IMG/VR virus record: IMGVR_UViG_3300032431_000007
Coordinates: 1,506 to 65,505 of that record
Origin: a virus
Taxonomy: Duplodnaviria > Caudoviricetes
Reading direction: 5' to 3' (one strand)
Length of the DNA: 64,000 bases
This document shows, one piece after another, positions 1 to 10,391 of the stretch (within the stretch, counting starts at the first letter, position 1; the number at the start of each line of letters is the position of its first letter). Position numbers and translations under genes: made by a program. Below the pieces are notes generated by a model that saw nothing but the letters and a program-made list of their open reading frames with translations, did no database searches and had not been told where the DNA came from.

Positions 1-964
1 CTACATTCTCGACAAGAACGTAAACGGGCGTGTTCACTGCTCATTCCACCCGCTGCGTGGACTAGGATCGGGCACAAGATCGGGCCGCTTTTCTAGTTCA
101 GATCCAAATCTTCAAAACATCCCGGTGCGAACAGAAATCGGTAAAAAAGTTCGTAGGGCGTTCGGTAAGAAAGGTGTTCTTTGGATTAAGTTTGACTACA
201 GCCAGATCGAATACCGGATGCTTGCTCACCATGCGGTTGGCCCCGGAAGCGATGAGCTACGGTGGCGCTATAATAATGACCCCGATCTTGATTATCATAT
301 TTTCACACAAGATTTGATTAGACTTAAGACTGGTATTGAACTAGAGCGCCGCCCGGTTAAAAACATTAACTTTGGCCTGATTTATGGTATGGGAAAGAAA
401 AAGCTTATCGCCGATCTAATTAAGTTTAGCGGCGGCGGTAAAGTTGATAAGCAAACAGGGGAACTTATGTATAGCAGCTATCACGAAGCTGTTCCGTTTG
501 CTAAAGCTACGATGGATGCCGCAGCAAACGAAGTGCATCGGACAGGCTACGTTGAAACAATACTTGGCCGTAAATCTGATTTTAACGGTTGGACATCAAA
601 GCAGTATGAAGCTGGCCGGCTGTCGCTTTCTTTCGAGGCCGCTTCGTCTAAGTGGGGCGCATACAATATCGAGCGCAGTCACACGCACAAGGCATTGAAT
701 CGTAAGTTACAAGGCGGTGCCGCAGACGTTATGAAAAAGGCAATGGTAGAAGCATACGAAGCTGGACTCTTTGCTGATGATGCTTGCGGTATACCCTGCC
801 TAACTGTTCATGATGAGCTTGATTTTGACTATGAAAACGGAGTTGACTTGTCGGCCCCGTGTTGGACAGAGTTTAAGAATCTTATGGAAACGGCAATGCC
901 AGGACTGTTAGTCCCGGTTCGGATGGACGGCAGCTTCGGGCCTAATTGGGGTTCAATAGATTAA
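1..964 (+). CDS. polA: Family A DNA polymerase, C-terminal part (5' end outside window)
   Basis: Frame is open from base 2 (…TRSGRFSSSDPNLQNIP). Motif A DYSQIEYR, motif B KNINFGLIYG, motif C VHDE. Confidence 0.95.
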   Translation, partial: YILDKNVNGRVHCSFHPLRGLGSGTRSGRFSSSDPNLQNIPVRTEIGKKVRRAFGKKGVLWIKFDYSQIEYRMLAHHAVGPGSDELRWRYNNDPDLDYHIFTQDLIRLKTGIELERRPVKNINFGLIYGMGKKKLIADLIKFSGGGKVDKQTGELMYSSYHEAVPFAKATMDAAANEVHRTGYVETILGRKSDFNGWTSKQYEAGRLSLSFEAASSKWGAYNIERSHTHKALNRKLQGGAADVMKKAMVEAYEAGLFADDACGIPCLTVHDELDFDYENGVDLSAPCWTEFKNLMETAMPGLLVPVRMDGSFGPNWGSID

Positions 965-967
965 GCC

Positions 968-996
968 TTGACCGGCGCGCGCCGTTGTGCTAGGTT
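968..996 (+). promoter_or_regulatory. sigma70-type promoter
   Basis: TTGACC-17 bp-TAGGTT in an intergenic position; the same architecture recurs elsewhere. Confidence 0.6.
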
Positions 997-1060
997 AACA
1001 CACGGGCAGCGCGCGGATAAAGAACGTGAATCAAGCGCTGGCTTTATAGGAGCGAAACTG

Positions 1061-1165
1061 ATGACACTGATCTTTAACGGGCAAGCACTCTCGACACTGC
1101 CCCCGGAGCAAGCGCAGCGCGCCCTGCTGGAACTCATCGCTTACATGAACGGAGCAAAGTCGTGA
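1061..1165 (+). CDS. small hypothetical protein
   Basis: AGGAG RBS, ATG at 1061, stop overlaps the next start. Confidence 0.45.
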   Translation: MTLIFNGQALSTLPPEQAQRALLELIAYMNGAKS

Positions 1166-1560
1166 ATACCGAGCGCCTTAATGGGATACTGAACTGGCTG
1201 GAGTCCGCGGAAGAAGCGCTGCTCTTTAATATGGGCACCTTTACTTTTGTTCCGAATACGGCAAAAGCTGAGAACAACTGGTGCGGGACATCTTGCTGCC
1301 TCGCAGGTTATACGGTGATAACTTACGGAGATTTTGTTCCTGGAAATACAGTGATACACGTCTTTGAAGACGCGTGGAAGCTGCTCGAATTGACCTACGC
1401 GGAGGCGCGGGCTTTGTTCTATTGCAAAAGTCTTGCTGGCCGCGACCTTTGGCTCACCTTCGATGGCATCACTCGGTCGCAAGCGGCGCAGGCGGTTAGG
1501 AATCTTATTGATTGCGGCGATCCGAAATGGGAGGTTATTTGTGCTTACCCCTTTCCTTAA
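1162..1560 (+). CDS. hypothetical protein, CGTxxCxAG family (paralog of 45859 and 47053)
   Basis: FNM…CGTSCCLAG motif shared with two other ORFs. Confidence 0.75.
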   Translation: MNTERLNGILNWLESAEEALLFNMGTFTFVPNTAKAENNWCGTSCCLAGYTVITYGDFVPGNTVIHVFEDAWKLLELTYAEARALFYCKSLAGRDLWLTFDGITRSQAAQAVRNLIDCGDPKWEVICAYPFP

Positions 1561-1673
1561 CATAAAAGAGGGCTGGATTTACTACAAAATCCGCCAGCAA
1601 GACGGCACGTTCCAGATCATGGAATGTGTAGATACGATCAGCAACCGCCTCTTTGTTGAATGGGTCCAAATCC

Positions 1674-1928
1674 ATGACTAAACTTCATCCTGACTTTGCA
1701 GCATTTATCATTAACTACGCAAAGAAGAAAGAAGAAGAGCGTAAGGAAAAGGCGTTAGGACCGGCGCTGTTTGTTAATCTTAGGAACGGCGGCAACCTAC
1801 ACAAGCGCCCAGCCTGCGATCTGTGGTTCGTCTTGTTGGCCACCGTGTTCTGGTTGGCGCTTATGGCTATTCCCGCCATTCTGGCTATTCTAGCAGGGAT
1901 GGGAGTTATGACGTGGCTCTTATCTTGA
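1674..1928 (+). CDS. small membrane protein
   Basis: Long hydrophobic C-terminal segment; tightly packed in the operon. Confidence 0.55.
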   Translation: MTKLHPDFAAFIINYAKKKEEERKEKALGPALFVNLRNGGNLHKRPACDLWFVLLATVFWLALMAIPAILAILAGMGVMTWLLS

Positions 1929-2191
1929 TACCGATCGTTATTCGCGGTGTTCATTACGAGTCGCAAGCCGCAGCGGCCCGCGCGTTTAATGTTTCGCACG
2001 TTACTATTACACGGGCAGTTAATCGAGGTACGCAAGATAGAATTGGTTTAGGGACCGGCAAGCGGCCTATAGTTTGGGACGGCGTTGAATACAGCAGTAT
2101 TATAGACGCCGCCCGCGCGGCTGGATTGACTCGCCATAAGTTTAGGATTCTCAGAGACAGTATCGACAAACAGAAAAAGGACACCAAATGA
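1913..2191 (+). CDS. NUMOD1-like tandem HTH DNA-binding protein
   Basis: Repeats IRGVHYESQAAAARAFNVS and WDGVEYSSIIDAARAAGLT; GGGAG RBS before GTG 1913. Confidence 0.65.
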   Translation: MALILIPIVIRGVHYESQAAAARAFNVSHVTITRAVNRGTQDRIGLGTGKRPIVWDGVEYSSIIDAARAAGLTRHKFRILRDSIDKQKKDTK

Positions 2192-3114
2192 AACCGATGC
2201 TAGCTAGTGATTGGGATGAAGACAAGCAGTCATACCCTGTCTTGCTCCAACCGAAGATCGACGGCGTTCGCGCGCTTAACCTGTCAGGTCGATTGACAGG
2301 CCGCAGCCTGAAAGAGTTTAACAACGTCTACATCACCGAAAAGTTTAGCATACCAGAGTATGTTGGCTTTGACGGTGAGATGGCGGCGGAGAAAGAAACG
2401 CACCCGGACCTTTGCCGCTTGACCACAAGCGCGCTAGGGACCATCGCAGGCGCCCCGCGCGTGGTCTGGCATGTCTTTGACCTTGTGACCCCTGCAACCG
2501 CTGGCCAGCCTTATGCGGCCCGGTGGCGGGCAATGTTTGATAAGGTCGCGGGCTTGCCGCCCGATCTTGCCGCCTGTCTGCATGTCGTTCCACAGATCAA
2601 GTGCGACAGAAAAGCTGATGTTGAACAAAACGACGAGAACCTACTCGTGCTTGGCTACGAAGGGACCATTCTTCGCGCACCCGGCGGCGTTTACAAACAC
2701 GGACGAAGCACAGTCCGCGAGGGCGGTCTACTTCGAATTAAACGCTTTAATGATTCGGAGGGCGTAGTCGTCTCCATCCAAGAAGGCCAGACAAACAATA
2801 ATGAGGCCAAGATCAACGAACTTGGTCATACCGAGCGCAGCAGTCACCAAGAAAATATGTCACCTAACGGCATGATCGGAACGCTATCCGTTAAGCTACT
2901 ATCCGATATTACGTTCGGAGAAAAGACGCTGCACAAGGGCGAAGTCGTAACGATCGGCGCGGGAAGACTAACCGCGCAGGAACGTGAAGACTACTGGAAC
3001 TATCCAAACACGATCTTGCAGCGGATCGTTAAGTTCCAATACTTTCCTAAGGGCGTAAAGGAGAAACTGCGCTTCCCGACCTTTCAAAGCTTCCGCAGCA
3101 GTGTGGATATGTAA
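2188..3114 (+). CDS. ATP-dependent DNA ligase
   Basis: Motif I PKIDGVR, FDGE, VFDL, EGTILR, and a C-terminal OB fold ending LRFPTF. Confidence 0.93.
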   Translation: MKPMLASDWDEDKQSYPVLLQPKIDGVRALNLSGRLTGRSLKEFNNVYITEKFSIPEYVGFDGEMAAEKETHPDLCRLTTSALGTIAGAPRVVWHVFDLVTPATAGQPYAARWRAMFDKVAGLPPDLAACLHVVPQIKCDRKADVEQNDENLLVLGYEGTILRAPGGVYKHGRSTVREGGLLRIKRFNDSEGVVVSIQEGQTNNNEAKINELGHTERSSHQENMSPNGMIGTLSVKLLSDITFGEKTLHKGEVVTIGAGRLTAQEREDYWNYPNTILQRIVKFQYFPKGVKEKLRFPTFQSFRSSVDM

Positions 3115-3129
3115 ACCCAGGAGACTAAA

Positions 3130-3465
3130 ATGCTTAAGAACTTGATGCTTACTGCCGCGCTCTTGACAACGGCGGCCACCGCTTCGGCGGAAGTGACTAT
3201 GGACGATCAGAGCGTTGCGGACATGATGACGATTATCGCGCTCGTCGGGGAATTCTGCAGTTTTGATTTGAGTGAGGAAGCCGACACCCTTCTCGTTGAC
3301 TTCTTTGCTCATCTGTCGAGCAAGTATCCTGAGACGGACATTGGCGATGCTATCGCGGTGTCTGGAAGGATGGTCATAGAGCAGCGTAACGCGGCGGTAA
3401 GTGAAGAAGCTTGGTGTGCAGAAAAGCTGTTGCTCGGTCCTGAATACTGGAGCGAAGCAAACTGA
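3130..3465 (+). CDS. exported hypothetical protein
   Basis: Signal peptide MLKNLMLTAALLTTAATASA; strong RBS. Confidence 0.7.
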   Translation: MLKNLMLTAALLTTAATASAEVTMDDQSVADMMTIIALVGEFCSFDLSEEADTLLVDFFAHLSSKYPETDIGDAIAVSGRMVIEQRNAAVSEEAWCAEKLLLGPEYWSEAN

Positions 3466-3466
3466 G

Positions 3467-3781
3467 ATGTCACACTTTTCGTTCGCCCAAGCTATCACAA
3501 GGAAACTACAGGTGATCTCAGATCAAGAGCTAAAAGCTACTACACTTACTGATCTTGAAATTGTGCATCAGTATCGAGGATCAACAGACCCGGCAGTTTT
3601 GCAACTAAGCAACCGACTCGTCAAGAATCATTATGAGACGGAACTGTTGCGCGATGAAGCGGAAGACGCCGCTGGTTTTCAACGGCGTATTAACCAACTT
3701 GAACACGAGTTAAATAAAGAAGAAACGGAGCACGTCGCAACCAAGAAAGAGTTAGAATCCTATAGGAGGGTTTACGGATGA
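3467..3781 (+). CDS. hypothetical coiled-coil protein
   Basis: ATG 2 nt after the upstream stop; C-terminal heptads. Confidence 0.6.
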   Translation: MSHFSFAQAITRKLQVISDQELKATTLTDLEIVHQYRGSTDPAVLQLSNRLVKNHYETELLRDEAEDAAGFQRRINQLEHELNKEETEHVATKKELESYRRVYG

Positions 3782-3849
3782 AAGATGTTGTTGTAATAGT
3801 TCTGTGCGCGGTGATCTTACTTTTACTCGGCCAATGTCTAATACCCTGA
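3778..3849 (+). CDS. 23-aa membrane peptide
   Basis: GGAGG RBS, ATGA overlap, MKDVVVIVLCAVILLLLGQCLIP. Confidence 0.45.
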   Translation: MKDVVVIVLCAVILLLLGQCLIP

Positions 3850-3877
3850 AATCGCCAGCTACAGAAGGAAACTATAG

Positions 3878-4378
3878 ATGCCTATCACCGACGAGCAACT
3901 TAGAGCAGAGTGCGCGGCAGGGGCTTCCCGCCCACAGATTGCGGTTAAGTACGGGGTGTCTGTTCAGACAATCTACGGCAGGGGCAGAAAACTAGGTCTA
4001 AAGTTCGTCTCTTATTGGACAACGGCGGAAGGCCGCGCGCGAAGAGGTGTACTGACTAAAGCACTCTTTGCTGACCCCGAAGAAAAGATTATACGGATGG
4101 CGCAACTAACAGCGGGGAAAATGAAACCCGGGAAAAAAGCTGCGGCCAAAGACAGGTATGAGAAAGAGAAAAATAAGTATCTCAAGTTGCTGTCACCTAT
4201 TGAGATGAAAGATTACCTCAACTTACATAAGATGGGGATGAGCAACTCAAACGCGTTTATTATGATGGCTCGACCGGACGTTGCCAAAGTCTGGGAATCG
4301 ACACGACGCGGAAAACTAGAGGTTAAAAAAGCGGCTGAGCGTTTGGATAAAAAAAGCCAGCCCCGAGAGGCTGGCTAA
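3878..4378 (+). CDS. HTH-containing hypothetical protein
   Basis: N-terminal SRPQIAVKYGVSVQTIY HTH pattern. Confidence 0.65.
   Translation: MPITDEQLRAECAAGASRPQIAVKYGVSVQTIYGRGRKLGLKFVSYWTTAEGRARRGVLTKALFADPEEKIIRMAQLTAGKMKPGKKAAAKDRYEKEKNKYLKLLSPIEMKDYLNLHKMGMSNSNAFIMMARPDVAKVWESTRRGKLEVKKAAERLDKKSQPREAG
4349..4376 (-). terminator. intrinsic terminator between convergent operons
   Basis: AGCCAGCC-6-GGCTGGCT stem with an A-run on + (U-tract on -). Confidence 0.65.
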
Positions 4379-4403
4379 GTCGCCTGACGCAGGAAGGAAC
4401 CCG

Positions 4404-5132
4404 TCAGGATTCGTTTGTGCTGACAGTTCCGCCTGTCATCTGAACGCGCCGACCGCTCGGCACAAATCCATAGCGCGCGTCTGGCCACCGGGAGCCGTTT
4501 TTGCGCAGGCGCTTCTTTGACAGTGGCGCGATGCTCACCATGTTGTTCTGGTTGCCGCCAAGTACGTAGAAGTTATCTTCGGACTCCCCAGCGTAGAAGC
4601 CAACATGGCCCTTCCAGCTGTCCGGCGACCCGCGCCAGAAGGACAGAATACAACCGCGCTGCGGAGCGACGTGCTGCCCCCAAGATGACCAATTCGCGGC
4701 CAGATATGGGTTGCTTGGAACCACGATATCAGGGATGGTCCTGCGAAGAGAAGTCTCTGCGTAATCTCCGCACCAAGCAATATCCGAAGGATCGCCGATT
4801 GTCCTTCCGTCCGACCTAAGCCAAAGAGAAAGCTCGCGGTTGTCGCGAATCTCGTGCTTTCCCATCATCTGCAATCCGAAGACATACCAAGGCATGTCTT
4901 CCGAAGCGTTGGGCAGGATACTGCCCAACGGGCGACTGTCCCCGACTAGAAGCGCCCAAGTCAGCGGCCCGATACTCAACGAGTTGGACAGACCAACCGA
5001 TTGCTTGAAGTTGACCAGAGCGTGATTGGTGTTCATCCCGCGGAGGCCGTCAATGACGAGCGGTTTCCCGTTTGCGCCAAAGTAACCGCGACGATTAAGA
5101 GCGTCCTGCACGACCTTAATATCATAGATCAT
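4404..5132 (-). CDS. endolysin: peptidoglycan-binding domain plus TIGR02594/NlpC-P60-like peptidase
   Basis: VQDALNRRGY…DGLRG…FKQSVGL binding domain; AWCG, GHVGFY and VLGGNQ catalytic motifs. Confidence 0.85.
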   Translation of the reverse strand: MIYDIKVVQDALNRRGYFGANGKPLVIDGLRGMNTNHALVNFKQSVGLSNSLSIGPLTWALLVGDSRPLGSILPNASEDMPWYVFGLQMMGKHEIRDNRELSLWLRSDGRTIGDPSDIAWCGDYAETSLRRTIPDIVVPSNPYLAANWSSWGQHVAPQRGCILSFWRGSPDSWKGHVGFYAGESEDNFYVLGGNQNNMVSIAPLSKKRLRKNGSRWPDARYGFVPSGRRVQMTGGTVSTNES

Positions 5133-5400
5133 TGTCATCATTCCACAAAACAAGGTGACGGGTGCCGTTAAGGCGTTCGATGTAAGCCCAGAGGCCCAGA
5201 ACGGCGGTGATAATGGGACCGGCGACAGTGATGAACGCTTCCCCGTCGATACCGATGAAGCCAAGGATCACCGCGACCGCACTTAGCAGACCCGGAATAT
5301 CGGTGGCCGCCGATATGTCGATGGACTGTTCCAGCCCGGTCAAGATGGCCGCAGCCGTCGCATAGAACGACCGCGCCTTAAAGATACTCAGATCACGCAT
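5122..5400 (-). CDS. putative holin
   Basis: 92 aa with 2-3 hydrophobic segments, overlapping the endolysin start. Confidence 0.65.
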   Translation of the reverse strand: MRDLSIFKARSFYATAAAILTGLEQSIDISAATDIPGLLSAVAVILGFIGIDGEAFITVAGPIITAVLGLWAYIERLNGTRHLVLWNDDNDL

Positions 5401-5677
5401 TGTCTCTCTCCTCTATAAAGGTTGGTGGCTCCCAACCCGGTCGAACGTAGTTCTTAAGAAGTGTTTCTTCTGCTGCTGTCATCGCAAGCACAGAAGGAAC
5501 TAGCATCGAGCCGTCCTCCGCGTAGGCCGATTCACGATGGTTTGTTCTTGCTCGGGCAAAAGCCTCTTCTTTGGAAATCATGTCACTCGTTTGCCGAATT
5601 GGATCATCACTTGTGACAAGGTAAGTGATCGTATTCCCTTCGGAATCTTTAGTTGTCCTATAGGCGAAGTATTCCAT
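5393..5677 (-). CDS. hypothetical protein (possible fibre chaperone)
   Basis: Position after the fibre genes; GGGGG RBS before MEYFAY. Confidence 0.55.
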   Translation of the reverse strand: MEYFAYRTTKDSEGNTITYLVTSDDPIRQTSDMISKEEAFARARTNHRESAYAEDGSMLVPSVLAMTAAEETLLKNYVRPGWEPPTFIEERDNA

Positions 5678-5685
5678 ATTTCCCC

Positions 5686-7083
5686 CTAGCAGCAAGTAAA
5701 GGTATGCCGCGCGATTTGGATATTGAAGGCCGTATTTTCGACTAGAGAGCCCACGGCGACGAGCGCGTTGGCAAAAACCTGAAGTCGGAAATCATAAGTG
5801 TTCATTCCGGGAACGGTGGCAGTATAACGAACACCAGAAACACTAAATTCAGTGCCGGATGGTTGATCTGCGGTAATCCCGATGTTTCCGCCAATTTCTA
5901 CATTTACCCAAGGACCACCGTTCTGGGACACCTGCACAACAAAGTTGATCGAGCCTGTTGAGATGTTATTCGCGACACGAAACCCACCTTGCAGCGTTAT
6001 CATAACAGGATTATTGGCGCAGGCTTCGCTGTCCATATTTACGGAGAAAACGGCGCTCGTCGCGTTTACAGGAGTAGCCGGAGTGCATTGAAAAATAAAA
6101 GCCGGGATGCCCAGCACAACCGCGGAGGGGCGCACAAAGAACCGTGTTTGACTCCCGTCGCATTTTGTAACAACCATATCCCCCGCGAAGGTCGGAGTCT
6201 CGCAAGAAATATCCATAACTGGATTAGGGCATTCGCTGGCGACAGTATAGGTCAGTTGATTGTTAGGGCCGATAGTAGCCGATACGTCAATTCCCGGCCC
6301 CGGATTAATAAGAGTGGGCGAGGTGTTAGCAGGCGTTGAGACCGTGTAGGTAATCCGGCCCGTCACCGGGTTAACAGTTGGAACGATAGTTGCATTAGCC
6401 CCAGCGGCAACAAGAGGGTAGGGAACAAGACACCCTTGCAGCTGAGTTAATGCCGCAGGGCTGGCGCAAAGAGCGGAAGCAATAAGCTGTCCATTTGTCG
6501 AAACAGTGTAGGTAATCTGGCCTTCAACACCGATTGTCGGCGTTACAAGAATGTGCGCGCCTGCCGCGACAATAGGATAAGGGGTCAGACAGTCTTGAAC
6601 AGCCGCGATTGCCGCAGGAGTGGCGCAGATGGCTTGTGCCAGACTTAGCGTTGTGAGACGCCGAATGTTTCCAAGACCATCGCAGACGATCATAGATTCA
6701 TTCGCGAGGGCAGCGTAAGCGGCCCCCGCGATTGGCAGCATGGAGCAGAGATGGGTCTGGACCTGCCGCCAAAGAGTCGAAGGGCCGGTCTCTGTAACAT
6801 ACCCGATAAAGGCGGCGCTAAGATTGCAAACAGAGTCGCAATTCCAGTTCCCGTTAGGGTTCATGGTCGCGGCGAGGCACATCATCTCGGATTGGAATCC
6901 GTTAATCTGTGCCGCTGTGATTCTCGCCGTGCAGTCGTCAGGCAGATACAGAATAGCGCAGGATGACGTAAAGAGCGCCGGGGGGCAATAGTCGTTAGAG
7001 ACCCCGGCGGGCGCAAGACAAACTCCGTCCGTGCCTCGGACTGTTATGGCACCTTGCGCAAGCGTTGGAATGATTCCGGGCAT
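5686..7083 (-). CDS. Cys-rich tail fibre / receptor-binding protein
   Basis: Internal repeats (LCAxPAA…CLxPYPxVAAG…ITYTVS); located after the baseplate genes. Confidence 0.7.
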   Translation of the reverse strand: MPGIIPTLAQGAITVRGTDGVCLAPAGVSNDYCPPALFTSSCAILYLPDDCTARITAAQINGFQSEMMCLAATMNPNGNWNCDSVCNLSAAFIGYVTETGPSTLWRQVQTHLCSMLPIAGAAYAALANESMIVCDGLGNIRRLTTLSLAQAICATPAAIAAVQDCLTPYPIVAAGAHILVTPTIGVEGQITYTVSTNGQLIASALCASPAALTQLQGCLVPYPLVAAGANATIVPTVNPVTGRITYTVSTPANTSPTLINPGPGIDVSATIGPNNQLTYTVASECPNPVMDISCETPTFAGDMVVTKCDGSQTRFFVRPSAVVLGIPAFIFQCTPATPVNATSAVFSVNMDSEACANNPVMITLQGGFRVANNISTGSINFVVQVSQNGGPWVNVEIGGNIGITADQPSGTEFSVSGVRYTATVPGMNTYDFRLQVFANALVAVGSLVENTAFNIQIARHTFTCC

Positions 7084-7095
7084 CTTTGCTACTCC

Positions 7096-8190
7096 TTACA
7101 GGCCGGGACGAAGGAACCAGCCGGGTTGTCCAGCAGACGGCCCTCCGGTGGCCGGAAACGTATTGGCAAGGATCGCTGCGCGAGGGATGGGCTGGCTAAG
7201 TTGATTCCCGACAAAGAAAACCTCTAGAGTTATTGCGCCGGGCGGGATGCTTATTCTTGCATCAATAATATGGACAATGTTAATCGCGTTGAAGGTTGCC
7301 AGCGCGTTTAGCTGCCCGTTCCCGCTTCGTGCATAAACCCAAGGCCCCACCCCAACGCGATATCTCCAAAACAAGCGAGTGCTCGTTTGGTAAGCGTCGT
7401 TCGCCGTAGCTAGCTGTTGCAAAAAGAAACGGGAAGTTAGGTCGTATACTCTTTGACAATCGTTTTCAAACGTCATTACGGTCATCCGCGAGTTAATAAT
7501 ACGCGCGTTGTTTAGAACACCTAGTCCGAGGTTGTCGTCTGCGAGAAGATCGGTAAGATCGTAATAGTTTGTTGGATTTGCAAAGTTGGTTGGAATAACA
7601 AATCCCTGTGTATTAGGAGGAAGATGTGCTGCAACATTGACAAAAGATCCGGAGGCGCTGGGCGCCTCGCTTTCAGAGTATCTGGCAATCCGCTGACAAC
7701 CATCATCGTTGATGAGAACAAGTTGGCTAATAGTTCCGCACGTCTGACCGACATCGGGAATGTTCCCGGTAATGCACTCGACAAAGAACTCATTAAACAA
7801 TCTGCGCAGTTGAACTCTGACGTTGTTGACGCGGGCAATCTGTGTGCAGGGGCCGACCGTGTTAAGCCCGAGTATCGCTTCAAGATTTTCCAGCAGCGGC
7901 TCGGCTTCGAAAGTTGCGGTAAGACAGCCCTCCAGCGCGTTTTCAACGGTGCTCGTCATCGCCCGGCATAGGTTATCCAGACGAGTGCAGTCGTATGCGA
8001 GCCCGCCGCAGTTAACGGCGTTCAGAATTTCCGACATGACGGCGTTCGCCGCAGCCGGATCAAAACGCGGCTGACAGCGAGATGTGCTATGAAACAGTTC
8101 GCCAGCCGGCCCACAGTTCATAGAAGGAACGTTTGTGCTGTTAAGCGCCTCGTTGGCAGGGACGCCGCTATTTGGGAATACGCCGGACAT
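7096..8190 (-). CDS. tail fibre / tail spike protein
   Basis: N-terminal ANAVMSEILNAVNCGGLAYD baseplate-attachment motif typical of Mu/P2-like fibres. Confidence 0.75.
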   Translation of the reverse strand: MSGVFPNSGVPANEALNSTNVPSMNCGPAGELFHSTSRCQPRFDPAAANAVMSEILNAVNCGGLAYDCTRLDNLCRAMTSTVENALEGCLTATFEAEPLLENLEAILGLNTVGPCTQIARVNNVRVQLRRLFNEFFVECITGNIPDVGQTCGTISQLVLINDDGCQRIARYSESEAPSASGSFVNVAAHLPPNTQGFVIPTNFANPTNYYDLTDLLADDNLGLGVLNNARIINSRMTVMTFENDCQRVYDLTSRFFLQQLATANDAYQTSTRLFWRYRVGVGPWVYARSGNGQLNALATFNAINIVHIIDARISIPPGAITLEVFFVGNQLSQPIPRAAILANTFPATGGPSAGQPGWFLRPGL

Positions 8191-8205
8191 GGGAGCTCCT
8201 ATGTG

Positions 8206-9159
8206 TCAGGGTGTTGCGATGCCAGCGCATCGAGAGATTATATTGGGGCACTTATTGTTGAGGATAGAACGAACAATGCACTCGGCTGCGATAACAGCAG
8301 GAAAGAGCATAACGTCGATTTCCGCGCCGCACACATACCGCTGAACGGCGGCCACCGTTCGGTTCGTCTTGGCGCACTGTTCGTTCGCGGTCGGACACGC
8401 GGCGATTGTCATCCCCACGTTGCAGATTTCTAGTTGCACTTCTTCGCAAAAACAAGGAGGCCCCTCATCGGCTTCTTCACAGTTACCGGCAAGGTATTCT
8501 TGAACATCTTCCGGATAGGGAGTTAGCGGACGAATCACGGCGCCAAGTGGAGAGATAACCCAATTTAGCCCATCGAGGTTCTTTATAACGCCCCGGCTCG
8601 CTCTTGTCAGCGCCTGCAAGATGTTATACTTGAGCGCACACTCAAAATCTAAGGGGTAGTTTTGCTCGCAGTAAACAACACCGCAGCCTTCATCGCGTAT
8701 AAAGGGGAAAAGTTCGCCGATAAAAGGTGAAGGGCAATGCTGGCGATAGCAATCTTCCCATCCCATACGGTCGAGCCAGTCGTCCAAAGTCGTGACAGCG
8801 GTGGCCGGGTTCACTTCCCGGATAGACGGCCACAGAATATTAGAGATCATGTCGTGAAGAACGCGAGCGCCGTAAACCGCGTAAGAAATCATCGACGGGC
8901 AATCCTCGACTACTATGCAGACAGAAGTTGCACAAGGGTCGTAATCCCCACCCTCTTGAAGCCGAGCGGTTGCCTCTATCTTTTGCCTGTCCCACATAGG
9001 CCCTGTCGGCAGAATGTCGATAAAAGAGCAGGCTGTCGAGCAGAAGGGGATACAGAGCGGATCGGGGCAGCACTCATCACTTGCAAGGCTGCTAAAAGGC
9101 CGGTTCCCATCTACACCAAGAAGAAGTGGTCCGGGATAAAGCATTGCGTCAGTTGTCAT
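8206..9159 (-). CDS. baseplate wedge protein (Mu gp48/YmfQ-like)
   Basis: LPTGPMW…REVNPATAVTTLDDW motif; synteny. Confidence 0.75.
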   Translation of the reverse strand: MTTDAMLYPGPLLLGVDGNRPFSSLASDECCPDPLCIPFCSTACSFIDILPTGPMWDRQKIEATARLQEGGDYDPCATSVCIVVEDCPSMISYAVYGARVLHDMISNILWPSIREVNPATAVTTLDDWLDRMGWEDCYRQHCPSPFIGELFPFIRDEGCGVVYCEQNYPLDFECALKYNILQALTRASRGVIKNLDGLNWVISPLGAVIRPLTPYPEDVQEYLAGNCEEADEGPPCFCEEVQLEICNVGMTIAACPTANEQCAKTNRTVAAVQRYVCGAEIDVMLFPAVIAAECIVRSILNNKCPNIISRCAGIATP

Positions 9160-10391
9160 AAGCAGACCCCTTCACCAGAGCCCGTTTGATTTATATAGAT
9201 ATTCCTTACGCAGGGCAGGAAGTCACAGTTTGGTTCCAGGTCGCAGCTAGAAAGGGAGGTGTTTACCGCATCTAACGGATCGACCAGTTCAAAGCGGGAG
9301 GAGAAGTTTTTGTCGGCTCCCACGATACCGGCGATTATCGTTTCTATCGACCGCGAGCTAAGAAGGATTGATGGACTGATCGTTGAGAAGAACTCCCTAA
9401 TCTGATTCTGGATAGCCGTGCGCTGTGTGGTTGAGATGCAGTCGGCTATGTCGATGTAAAGATCAATCGGAAGCGGATTTACTGCAAAAACTCTTCCGCA
9501 TATGCCAATCTCAACCTGACCCAGACCGTAACCTTGTGGCGAACCGAAAAGCCATTGTTGAATCTCAGCGACAACTCCAGGAGGTGCAATTCCGCAGGGA
9601 AAGGAATTGTCAAACATGACATAGAATTCCATTTTGCCGCCGCAATCCTTGCAACCGCAATTTTCGCAATCTGCGGGAAGATTGTCCGCGCACCGGCAGC
9701 AGCTCCCAGCTCTTTGCAGGGCACGAGTCGCGCAAGGCCACTCAAGAATCTTGTCGATAATCCAAGTATTCGTTGCCCTTGGATTGTATTGCAGACGGCG
9801 AAGGTAGCGCGCGCGAAAAGCTTCGCATTCTTCGGCTACGGCGCCATTACAAAAAGAACCTCCGCAGACTTGGACAGTGGCACTAACTCCGGCAACGACA
9901 GTGGTCATAGAGCCGGTGGCCCCCGGTGTATTTCCTGCCGGACCCGCTACTAATGCTCTAACACGGATGACAACCGTGCCGTTAGCTCCTATTTCTGACG
10001 GCTGCGTAGTGACGCTTGCCGTGATAAAGTTTTGAAGACCTATAGCAAACTGTAGCGGCGACGGTAGCGGAGTATTGGCGGTTCCAGTCAATTTGACGTA
10101 ACCTTGGGCGAAGACAGCGGGCCTCGGGTAGACCCCGTTGGCCGCTGCCAGCTCTTGCAGATTTTCACAGCAAGCTTCTCTGGGATCGCGCTCTTTCCAA
10201 GCCTGCTCTGCGACGGCATAAAGCTGTTCAGCAATCGCATAGTTTACAGAAGCGGCATACCATTCATTGCTTTCGGGTATAATAGACGCACCGCCGAGGA
10301 CTGTGCTAGAAAACAGATTAAGGTATCTGTTAAAGAGCGCCTGTGGGTCTGGGCGTTCAAGTTTACAGGTCATATCTAGTTCCACACCCAT
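9156..10391 (-). CDS. baseplate J-like wedge protein (Mu gp47)
   Basis: A(Q)GYVKLTGT, VRALVAGPAGN, AEECEAFRARYL. Confidence 0.88.
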   Translation of the reverse strand: MGVELDMTCKLERPDPQALFNRYLNLFSSTVLGGASIIPESNEWYAASVNYAIAEQLYAVAEQAWKERDPREACCENLQELAAANGVYPRPAVFAQGYVKLTGTANTPLPSPLQFAIGLQNFITASVTTQPSEIGANGTVVIRVRALVAGPAGNTPGATGSMTTVVAGVSATVQVCGGSFCNGAVAEECEAFRARYLRRLQYNPRATNTWIIDKILEWPCATRALQRAGSCCRCADNLPADCENCGCKDCGGKMEFYVMFDNSFPCGIAPPGVVAEIQQWLFGSPQGYGLGQVEIGICGRVFAVNPLPIDLYIDIADCISTTQRTAIQNQIREFFSTISPSILLSSRSIETIIAGIVGADKNFSSRFELVDPLDAVNTSLSSCDLEPNCDFLPCVRNIYINQTGSGEGVCL